DNA from: Octopus vulgaris
Lineage: Eukaryota
Assembly: GCA_951406725.2 (NCBI GenBank)
Contig: OX597815.1
Location: 168,950,001-169,014,000, forward strand
Reading direction: 5' to 3'
DNA length: 64,000 nucleotides
Shown here: piece after piece, positions 11,577 through 64,000 of the stretch
How the letters are laid out: every line of letters begins with the position of its first letter
How positions within the stretch are numbered: position 1 is the first letter of the stretch
Program-made: the position numbers and the translations under genes
The notes under the pieces: model-generated
Database searches by the model: none
Seen by the model: the letters and a program-made list of their open reading frames with translations, nothing else
Told to the model about the DNA's origin: nothing

Positions 11577-14233
11577 TAAATTAAAAACCTTCCATCAAAA
11601 TTTCATGTTGATTTGTTTTAAACACCAATTTAAAAATTCAGTGCTATTTTACTAAATTGTTCATTATTTTCAAAATTAAATAGTAATAAAGAAAATATAT
11701 CTCAACAGAAATATGGTAACAAAAGGGTTAAAATAACTTTAGTACGAGTATAAATGAATGGGTCAACATCCAGATTTAGCAAAGGAACATCAGCATCATC
11801 ATCATCATAATTATTTTTGATATTTCACATGACAAACCAATCAATGACTAGACAAGTTTTTATGACAGACACAAACAATAACACTTCCATCTAAATGGTG
11901 ACATTGTTTTATACTAAAGTGCATAAACAATGAATACAAGAATACAAATGGAAAGACAAACGCATACATATACATATATATATATACACCACCCAGTAAG
12001 TTAGGAGTTGTGGATCCAACCCACTAAGGGATAATACTTATCCAATATAATGTTGGTATAATACCCAAATTATTAATACACAAGTGTTTTTACTTGCAAT
12101 GCAATAGACTTACTTATTGTATTAAATGGGTGAAGGTAAAGAAATATTTTACCATTAATTTATATTACAAATAATAACATGTATGTTATTATGGCTGTCG
12201 TTTTGATAAATAAATAACTCAACATTCTAATATCCTTAAGCTGATAAACCAACTAATGTGTTTCTCCATTTTCTTATTTGTAATATATATATATATATAT
12301 ATCATCATCATCGTTTAACGTCTGTTTTCCATGCTAGCTGGGGTTGGATGGTTCGACCGGGGTCTGGGAAGCCAGGAGGCTGCACCAGGCTCTAGTCTGA
12401 TCTGGCAGTGTTTCTACAGCTGGATGCCCTTTCTAACGCCAACAAGAGTGTAGTGGGTGCTTTTTACATGCCACCAGCACGTAATATATATATATTATAC
12501 TTCAACAAGAATAGTATTAACAGTTTACTTCAACATTTCAACCATCTAAGTCATCATCGAACTGTAATTACAGTCCAATGATGGCTTAGCTGGGCCAAAA
12601 CTTCAAAGTCACTGTCAGTACTATTCTTATTAAAGAATAATAAATTTGTACTCTACAAAAAATATTGAGTAATCCTTCAATTTACTGTAAAATTGTTTTT
12701 ATTATAACATATAAACAAAAATTACATATATACATAAGGTGGTGCCCCAGCTTGGCCACAGTCTAATGACTGAAACAAGTAAAAGATAAAATATATGTAT
12801 AGTGAAAATTTCAGAGCTAGAATTCAATAGGTTGGTGGGGTTCTTAGATTTAAAAAGGATTAAGCTCTTTTGACTATACAAAGTATATAGTTCCTTGACC
12901 CATTATGTATGGCACAGACCATTCTATGATACTCCACTCAATACTGTATGGAGTATTGTTGGCCTTCAGGTCACAGATATGGCTGACTAACTTAGTAGTT
13001 TTCTTCTTGTCTATGTGTTGAAAAGAAGACTGATGGTTAACATTTATGTTTTTAAAGTCACTTTCTCATAGACCAATATACTTTTCCTTTTAAGTTTCAT
13101 TATTTTGTAGAATTGAGATGATCTCAGCTTCATAAACCACTAAGTTAACCATGCATGCCTGGTTGAGTGAGCAAGTGTCTGGGTCTCTACACTTACATTT
13201 TAGAGTAGGTGCCTAAATTTGGAAATGAATGGTCATGAGACCAACACCCTAACCTCTTTGCTATTTTCCTACTCTATATCCAGATCTATATAGACTAGGA
13301 AAACAGATATTGAAATTATAACAAGAAAGAAATATATATAAGTGATGTATTTTATGGAATATCTCGAAAGAAGATTTCCCTTTGATCTGAGTTTAAATCA
13401 GTAATTTTTATCTTAGGCAGGATGTATAGCAATATCTCACATTCCAGCCACCTTTCAAGAATAGAAAGTAGGTACTAGATGTGTTGACAACCTACCAAGA
13501 TATTATATTAATTAATACTTCCAACCCATGCCAGCATGGAAAACAGACATTAAATGACTCAAGTGACTAGATGCATTTGACAGCAACACTTTCCCATCAT
13601 CCCTTACAGTTAAGGGTCCTTCAAGACTGGTGGGGGGTCAAGGAAGTTCTCTTGAAACCAGGGTCCTGGCTGGCCTAAATACTTGCGACAGAGTGGATTA
13701 CGCTAGAGACACTCAACCAGGTAGCTGTGGTTGAACCAAGTGATGGGATAAGTCTAACACCTAAGTAGACCATGACAGGATTTGAAGTCAGAACACAGCT
13801 GGAGCAAATACCACAAGGTATAGTTCCACTAATGCATCACCCTGTATAGTTCTTTTGCTTTATTGATCCAAAATGAATGGAAGTTTCATGTTCGGAACAT
13901 GCACTCAACAATGAGTGTCAACAACAGCTACAACATGCTGCTCTCCCAGTGGGGAATTTGTCAAATTTACAAATTGGATTTTTGGGCCACAGGCAGAAGC
14001 ATGGCTTTGCTGCTGGAACATTTGAGCTGGCTGTCAGATGTGGTCAGCATTCATGAGGAATGTGATGAAGTTGTTGGTCAGAGCCAGCTCAACCCCCACC
14101 CTGAGTGAATGACACTGCAAGTACAAGTATAAATGTATGAAAGACAAATTTGAACTCAAAACACTGGATGTCACCTACCTGATGAAGACAATAAGAAACT
14201 CATCTTCCCATCAGAATTACTACAAAATAGACT

Positions 14234-14465
14234 AAATTATTTACATTGGACGGATATGTGTCCTCATCTTGTTTGTTGTTACCACAATGTCTCGGCTGAT
14301 TTACTCTCCAGCCTTCATCAGGTGTCCTGGTGGAATTTTGAACCCAACCCTGAAGGCTGAAGAGTAAGTCAGCCGAAATGTTGTGGTAACAACAAACAAG
14401 ATGAGGACACATATCCATCCAATGTAAATAATGTACAGAATTCCTCATCTCTAAAATACAGAACA
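14234..14465 (+). mobile_element. PLE fold-back insertion (arms 14236-14432, 33-nt tail, 12-bp TSD ACAAAATAGACT)
   Basis: TSD at 14222-14233 and 14466-14477; related to the 7529-8006 family; degenerate hammerhead on the minus arm. Confidence 0.88.
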
Positions 14466-14981
14466 ACAAAATAGACTTTATTATCATTTATGCTTTCATT
14501 GATGTTGGTAATGAAATTGTCATCATCATTTAACGTTCACTTTTACATGGTAGCATGGGTGGAATGGAATTTGTTGAGGTGGATTTTCTGTAGCCAGATG
14601 CCCATCCTGTTGCCAAACTTCACCTGTTACCAAGTAAGGTAATATCTCCCCATGACCAGACATTTCTCAGATGGAAATGGACAGCACTTGCTTATAACTA
14701 TCATATAACCTCAAGGCAAGGAGACAACAACATACATACACACACATATGTATACAAGCTTCACTCAGTTTCCACCCACCAAATACGTTCACACGACTTT
14801 GGTCAGCCTGGGACTCTAGTAGAAGACACCTGCCTAAGGTGATACACAGTGGGACTGAACCTGAAACCATGTAGTTGAAAAGCAAACATCTTACCACAAA
14901 GCCATACCTGCACCTAATAATATAAATAACTAATAATACAAAAAATATATTATAAAATAATATAAACATATAGTTTCAAGA

Positions 14982-14987
14982 TTTATT
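14982..14987 (-). terminator. Candidate polyadenylation signal AATAAA of the Sox30-like gene
   Basis: AATAAA about 140 nt after the stop codon, followed by T-rich sequence. Weak evidence in AT-rich DNA. Confidence 0.45.
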
Positions 14988-15123
14988 TGAAAATGTTTCT
15001 TTATGATATGTCAATCAAACAGCATGAACTATGGGAATAGCTTTGCAAAAGATTTACTGATGCTTGCTAAAACTGACCAGTTTAATGCAATATCTATAAT
15101 GTCGGTATCAATCTTATCAAACC

Positions 15124-57014
<41,891 letters not shown>

Positions 57015-60000
57015 ATATTGAAGTCGATTGTTTATAATAGAAAATACATGGACGATCTTTTTGGGGCGTGCAATAATATTTATATATAAAATATGTATAT
57101 TATGTATGTATTAAAAAGTGTGCGTACATGTGAAGAAAGGTTTATGACGATGTATAGAATTACTAAAATAAAATAATAATAGATATAAAATTCGTTTTGT
57201 TGTTTAAAAGTAAAATCGTTTGATTTTGTATGTTTTTGTTTTTGCGTTTTTTTAACGTTTTAGTATTTTAGAGAATCGTTTACATTCTTGACATTTTTTT
57301 GTTTTGCTTTTCTCTGGTTCTCGCTTGAAATCAATGTAAAACTGATACAAATATCAAAAGTAGTCATCATTAATATTAAACTATAAAACAATAAACCGTT
57401 GAAGTCGATGGCAGTTTGAATGTGACAGTCAAATGACTTATAAGCACGTTACAGAACTCAAGATATTCTTCAGTCGCGTGCAAAAGCAATAGATCTTATT
57501 GCGCTTCTCGAAACAGCCTGTTTCTAGAAATAAAAATGATGAATACAAACTATTTTCCAAACATTTCTCCTCAAATGTACTTAATCTTTGGTTCGAAATA
57601 ATTTACTTCTCCGTCCTACTACGTGGCACCTTGGACCACGCAGTAGGACTTCTACTGTAGTCCCGTGCCGATAAAAGCCTTCTGGGTGGATTTGGTAGAT
57701 GGAAATTGAAAGAAGCGTTGAGTGTGTGTGTGTGTGCGTACTTGCTTGTACCTCACTACCGCTTGACAACCGATGCTGGTTTGTTTACGTCCATGCAACT
57801 TAGCAATTAGGCAAAAGAGTCAAATAGAATAATACTAGACTTTAAAAAAAACCATAAGTGCTGGGATCGAGTTGTTCGACTAATACCCTTCAAGGCGGTA
57901 CCCAAGTATAGCCGCAATCTTATGACTGAAACACGTAAGAGATAAGGAATAAAAAACAAAGAATTAAAATTCCAACAAATATATGAGTAGACATTTGTGT
58001 CGGAATTCTTAAACTGTAAAAAAAAACCATGTTTTAATAACTTGTATTGGTTAGGTCGCTTATTTTAAACCATTTGTTGACAACCAAATTCCGAATACGA
58101 ATCATAATTTTTTGATGACCCAGAAAAAAGGACGTTTCACAGTCTGAGATAGCTTTCCTGAAGTGAAAGGTAGGAGATGAATGGATGCATGTGATTGGAA
58201 TGGTTTAATGATGTTTTGAAAGACAAAAATTTGTAGAAGTGGAAGACAGAGAATTCTAGAATGATGCAGTTTTGAGAGGGGTGGGTTTCGCGTTAATAAT
58301 TGCCATAGATTCATGTTCTCATTCAGGTTTCCAAATCCAAATTAACAACATATTCGAAATAAAAATACTAAAATTAACAACAAAAAAAATCCCGATTTGT
58401 TTAATATATTCCTAGCAGACATTTTGGTATGTCGAGAAGTTACAATATATAACTTCTCATAACTCCTTCAAAAACAGCACGTACAAGTCAATACAATTTA
58501 TTCCGCTTTAAATTTTTAATTATACAGCACAGTATAGTTGACTGGATGAAGAAATAGACATTAGTTTAGAGCAGCAGTTATCCATGCAGGTAGAAGAGCC
58601 TGTGGTTGGAGAGTGTTCATGAACGAAAATTTACCAGCCAGTTGAATAGACTTTTGTTTGCAGTCCAAGATGTTTACTTGTTTGACATTAGCTGACGATT
58701 ATATATGAGATGTACTCCAGTGTATTGAGCTTTCATAAAATTTCTGCAACAGAGCAGGGTGGAAATATTTTCAATAAGACAAAGCTTCGATAAAGAGGAA
58801 GCCTACCTAGTTTTTGTGATAAGAGCTTCAGTAATATTAGATATGTGAGATAGCTATATTAGTGATTAAGAGGTTTAGCATTCAGTTTTTTTTACACCTT
58901 AATTAGATCCTCATCAGTGGCGTGGCAAGGGTTCTCAAACACCTTGTGATGATAATTTTGATAAGCAAGAGGATATTTTGCGACCTTTCACATATGCGCT
59001 CAGGGATGGAGATTCCCTTTCGCCGTACCACCACTGTTATATTTAGTTCTCAGTATCCTTTTTGTGGTTTTAGTGAATATAATAAGTCCAATGCTCTTAA
59101 TTAGATTATACCTCTATTTTGTACCTTCGCTTCAGAACTAACAAAGTTCGCCATCTTTATTCTAGGGCAAGCAGTATCATAAGCGGTCTTCGATACCAAG
59201 GCGCTGAGTTGCAGATTGCCGTTCTGTGGAGCATTCGCGTGTCGCAGTCAATGCTCGATCAAAACTGACTTCCATTACACAGTAAGAACAAAGTCCTCCG
59301 ACCAACGATGGCAACTCTTATGCGGTAGTTCCTCCTGCGATATATTACATACAACGTTTTTCTCAAGTCATCATACCACCTTATAAAAGGACACTTATAA
59401 ATAATGTCAATAGGGCACTGTGCCTGGGGGGAAAAAAACTGGATCTTCACGGAGGGAATGTCTTAAGTTCGTAGATCGGTTATGGTGAGGAATGAACTAG
59501 GGTTAAGCAACATTAACAGCGAGTCGAGGTCCGCAATAATATAAAATTCCTCCAATCTGAAACGAATTTGTATTCAAACATTAAAAGAAAATGTCTTGCT
59601 ACGATGAGGTTAAAATTAAGGCTAAAAATACCTAACACTAAACCAATAGCTTTGATATTACAACATTGTTATGAAGAGCTATGAAAGACATTAGTTCCAT
59701 TACATTTTGTTATGTAGTTCAATGCGTGGAGTAGAAGTTGAAGTCAATGTGTCCATGGATTGATTCTTACTTGCAACGAAAATATGTGCTAACACACACA
59801 TAAACACGGAGACACTCACAAACCTAAGCACACACATGCATACACACATAACGTGCGCGCATTTATACAGTTAGTATGTTGAGGTTTATCAATTTAGAGT
59901 GATAGTTAACTTCACAGGCTCCTCAGTGTAATTGACCTTCGCTATGAATGAAAACAACAAATTATGTAACACTGTTCGAATTAACTAGATATAGTTAAAT

Positions 60001-60464
60001 AGTTCCTTGTATTATATTTTAGTAAATCTTCGTATTGTTCTTTAACTCTAGGTAAGCCCTAATGAGCATAGCTATGATCAAAGTCATTCCAGTCATAAGC
60101 ATCCCATCCAACTCTCAGATACTATGTATCTTTGACTACCTCATCCGACACAACTACAGAATTGAGCCCCAATGACTTTGTTTCCTCATAAATTTCTGAA
60201 AAATTGATATTTTTTAATGAAGTTTTCTGCAAAAACCTTTCAAGTGGTGTCGGTGACGATTATATCGTGGTGAAAATTTTCTGCGGAGGGTGTCGAGGGA
60301 GAGGAAGAGTTTCGAATAATTCACACATCTCGATACGAATGTAATTATTTTCTCGACATAATTGTAAACTACATCATGAAAACGTATGAGGAAACAAAGT
60401 TGAGGTGCAAGAAATATCCGCACCTGCCTCCATTTTTTTTTTCACATCAAATTCCAATATAATA

Positions 60465-61717
60465 TTAGGTTGTCAAGAAAGTTCTTGCGAAATTTTAAAT
60501 TTTGGTTTTGAATGACTTTATATATAATTTTAAATCCCGTTTTTCGCTCTATCTAATCGTGTTACTCGTTTTCTTTTTGAATAATTAGGCCATTTTCCCC
60601 CGGAACGTTGAGTACAACATGGGCAAAAAGCAAATTCGCACAATTTTCTTATTCCAGTTCAAACTAGGCCGAAAAGCTGCTGAAACAGCTCGTGAATCGA
60701 TGATACGTTTAGTCCAGAAACCACTAATGAATGTACAGCACAATGGTGGTTCAAGAAATTTCGTAGTGGTGACGAGAGTCTTGAAGATGATAAGCGTAGT
60801 GGTCGGCCATCGGATGTTGACAACGATCAACTAAGAGCCTTATTCGAAGCCAATCCACGCACAACTGTTTGAAAGCTTGCTTCTGAATTAGACGTAACGT
60901 GTATGACAATTTCTACCCACTTGAAAGAGATTGGAAAAACAAAAATACTTGAGAAATGGGTGCCGCATGAATTGAGCAATAACCAAAAAAAAAAACGCCG
61001 TTTTGAAGTGTCGTCTTCCCTTCTTTCACGCAACAAGAACGCCCCGCTTCTTGACCGGATTGTGACTTGCGATGAAAAGTGGATTCTTTACGACCACCGG
61101 CAACGTTCAGCTCAGTGGTTGGACGCTGACAAAGCTCCACGGCACTTCCTGAAGCCAAAGTTGCACCAAAAGAAAGTCATGGTGACTGTTTGGTGGTCTG
61201 TGGCCGGTCTCATCCATCACAGCTTTTTGGATCCAGGCGAAACCACTACGGCGGAGAAGTACTGTCAGCAAATTGATGAAATGCAAAAGAAACTCCGACA
61301 ACAGCAGCCAGCATTGGTCAATAGGAAAAGACCAATTCTTCTCCACGACAACGCTCGACTGCACGTCGCACAACTGACCCTGCAGAAGTTGAACAAATTG
61401 GGCTACGAAACTCTGCCTCGTCTGCCATACTCACCAGACCTCTTGCCTACCGACTACCACTTTTTCAATCATTTCGACAACTTCCTGTGTGAGAAATGCT
61501 TCAAAAACCAAGACGATGTCAAATACGCCTTCAACGACTTTATCGCCACCAGAACACAGGATGTTTACGCTACTGGTATAAATAAACTTGTTTCGCGTTG
61601 GCAAAAGTGTTCTGATTCTGATGGTGTTTATTTCGATTAATTAAGTTTTGTTTGAGCCGAGATATGTGCATCTGAATTTAAAGGTTAAAAACCGCAAGAA
61701 CTTTCTTGACAACCTAA
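60465..61717 (+). mobile_element. Mariner DNA transposon (D,D34D; Hsmar1/cecropia-like), near full length, 1253 bp
   Basis: Perfect 25-bp TIRs TTAGGTTGTCAAGAAAGTTCTTGCG at 60465-60489 and 61693-61717, with TA on both sides and a transposase inside. Confidence 0.95.
60619..61640 (+). pseudogene. Mariner transposase, disrupted
   Basis: Motifs WVPHEL, TCDEKW, HDNAR and YSPDLLPTDYHFF. The N-terminus KKQIRTIFLFQFKLGRKAAETAR is split by a frameshift near 60697 and an in-frame TGA near 60869. ORF 60903-61640 holds the catalytic domain. Confidence 0.92.
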
Positions 61718-62577
61718 TAGTAATCTACGCCATCTGAAAAAGTATTTGTAGAAAATTTTTTAAAATAAATACCCATTTTTCTGAAAGTTAAGATCAAACA
61801 AAGTCGAAGCATATGAATTATCCAAAACTCCATCCCCACCTAACCAACTCTGAAAAAGTTTTTTACGACAAATATTTGATATGGTCGTAATCTATACCAC
61901 CTTGAAGATATGTGTAGAAAGTTTCATTTTAAAAAATCCATTCTCAGAAAGTCATGAGGAATCAAAATCGGATGGGGGGGGGGGCACTTCTATCGCCATG
62001 CCTCTTATCCGATATTTCCTTCCCTTTTCAAGATGGAACGGCATACTTTTATGAAGATTTTAGCTTTTAGGAAGATTATAGCAGGTTGAACGACGGTTTA
62101 GAGCAATGGTTCTCAATACTTTTGACTTCGTTGCATACTGAAGATCGAACAAAAAAGTCACTGGTACATAGAAATTTAAAACTTACTGGCGCACTTCATA
62201 TAAAATGTTTAGGCGTAGCAAGAAATTTTCTTCCCAACTACATAGTTCCGGGTGCAGTCCCACTGCGTGGTACCTTGGACAAGTAACTTCTACTATAGCT
62301 CCGGGCTGACCAAAGCCCTGTGAGTGGATGTGGTAGACAGAAATTGAAAGAAACCTGTCATGTGTGTTTGTCCTCACCACCACCACTTGACACACCGGTG
62401 TTGGTTTGTTTACGTCCACGCATTATATCGATTCGGTACTTATTCTCTTGGTCTTTTTTTAAAGAGATCAAGAGAATAAGTACCAAACTTGAAAAAAAAG
62501 AAGTACTAGGGTTGATTTGTTCGGCTAAACCCTTCAAAGCGATGCCCCAATATGGCCGTAGTTCAATGACAAACAAA

Positions 62578-62954
62578 TCTCTATATATAAAGCTGAAGTT
62601 GTCTGTGTATGGCAGATTTGGTAGCCTTCAACTAACACTATCTCCTCCGAGACCCTGCGGCGCAAGTTGACAAAAATTGAGAGTATGATAGAAGAAGGCT
62701 TGCTCTTCCTTCTGTAGAAGAAAAAATTCAAATCGGACCATGTTAACACCAAAAATTATTTACATCAAAAAGGTGATTTTTTCTCTATGAAAATCCCTAT
62801 TTTTTACGATTTTTTGACTGCTGTGTCGCCATTTTTTGAGGTATTTCAACCAGAAAAATGTTCACAAGCTACATAATGCAAAATTTTTACTTTTCAAAAA
62901 TTCCAATTCTAAAGGGTCGAAACAAACCCGAGCAACGCCGAGCGATACTGCTAG
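62578..62954 (+). mobile_element. Non-autonomous Helitron, about 400-bp family
   Basis: Same sequence as 31137-31535 with a small internal deletion. Confidence 0.8.
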
Positions 62955-63696
62955 TAAAATATAGTTATAATTCAGAAAGAAAAAAAGAACATAGGAAAAT
63001 TATTGCTTGTTTTGTTCTATTAAGCATAGTTGTTGTATATAACAAAATTAGGGATAACTCGTTTTTCAAGATACCGAACCATTAGTATCGATTTCCTAAA
63101 GCCTTAAAATTGTATATTTTACTTCTTTGCCGCACCTTAAAATACTTTTTTCACTATATTGCTGTTGATTCATTGTGGTGCAAGTTGTTTTAAGGAGGGT
63201 GCAGTTTCAAATGCCGTGAAATTTGCTTGCAATAATGCATAAATAACCGGCTTAGTAACCTAACTGACTGGTAGTTGATTTAATTGAATTGGGTCAAAAT
63301 TGCTTTTCGATCATTTCTGTGTCTAACAGTGCTGGTTTCGATAAATTCGGAAAAACCCCAAACTGCGAATCTAATTATTAATAACATTAACCTCGGTGTT
63401 TAGTGTTTTCCGCAAATCCAGTATTAAGTAGATCACTTTTCATTGTTGAAAACCTCAGTCGAAATCCAGGCTGTGCTCATTCATACGCCCATGCGTTTTT
63501 TTACAATTGAAGAAAAAATGTACATGCATACATATTATATGTATGTTTGTACGAGTATCCTTCTACTTAATAATAATGAAATTATTGTATACAGTGCTCA
63601 GGTGCACTTGTTTATATATATATAAATACACACACTTCTACATGTTTATAAACACACACTTCTACTTGTTTACACACACATACACGCGCGCACGCA

Positions 63697-64000
63697 CTAG
63701 CTGAGTATCCCGTCGTCACCGGGCAAATTTCGCAATAGAATAACTTAGCGGGAATTTAAAACATTTTTGTCTCCATACCCTTACAAATGACGAGGAGCTT
63801 TTTATGGAGAAAAAAAATTTGGAAACACTTCTGGACCGATTTTGTTCGATTTTTTTTTCGCCTCTACACTTAAAAACGATGGGAGAAGCCGTGAGGGTAA
63901 AAAAAAAAGACATTTGATATTGGCGATCAGCATTACAATCTCCACTTCCTTTATTTTTAAACAGAAAATGAAACATAATTTTAAAAAAAAAACAATATTT
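63697..64000 (-). mobile_element. Helitron 3' end, truncated by the window edge
   Basis: On the minus strand: CCCGGTGACGACGGG hairpin, then ATACTCAGCTAG|T. Confidence 0.6.

Noticed and set aside
57015-57540. SOX-type AACAAT sites suggesting autoregulation
   Set aside because: Expected by chance in DNA this AT-rich, and the transcription start is unknown.
59150-59550. CpG-richer unique segment, possible ncRNA or exon
   Set aside because: No recognisable RNA fold, protein motif or consistent splice sites.

Overview
AT-rich, repeat-dense animal genomic DNA. The SINE and microsatellite content suggests an octopod cephalopod (inference). The main host gene is a 7-exon SoxH/SOX30-like HMG-box transcription factor on the minus strand (CDS 57014->15124, about 485 aa), assembled by hand from phase-compatible GT-AG junctions. 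A possible last exon of a plus-strand gene lies at 1826-1894. The rest is mobile DNA: a near-full-length but broken mariner (60465-61717), Helitrons, RTE and CR1/L2 LINE ends, three tRNA-derived SINE families, MITEs and tandem repeats. The most interesting hidden layer is a set of Penelope-like element (PLE) fold-back insertions. They have target-site duplications and one-sided tails, and several carry minimal type I hammerhead ribozymes. One hammerhead has a compensatory G3-C8 core (GUGAACA). One family joins a GIY-YIG ORF end, a tRNA-like Pol III cassette and a hammerhead. All calls come from reading the sequence by eye; no searches or folding programs were run.
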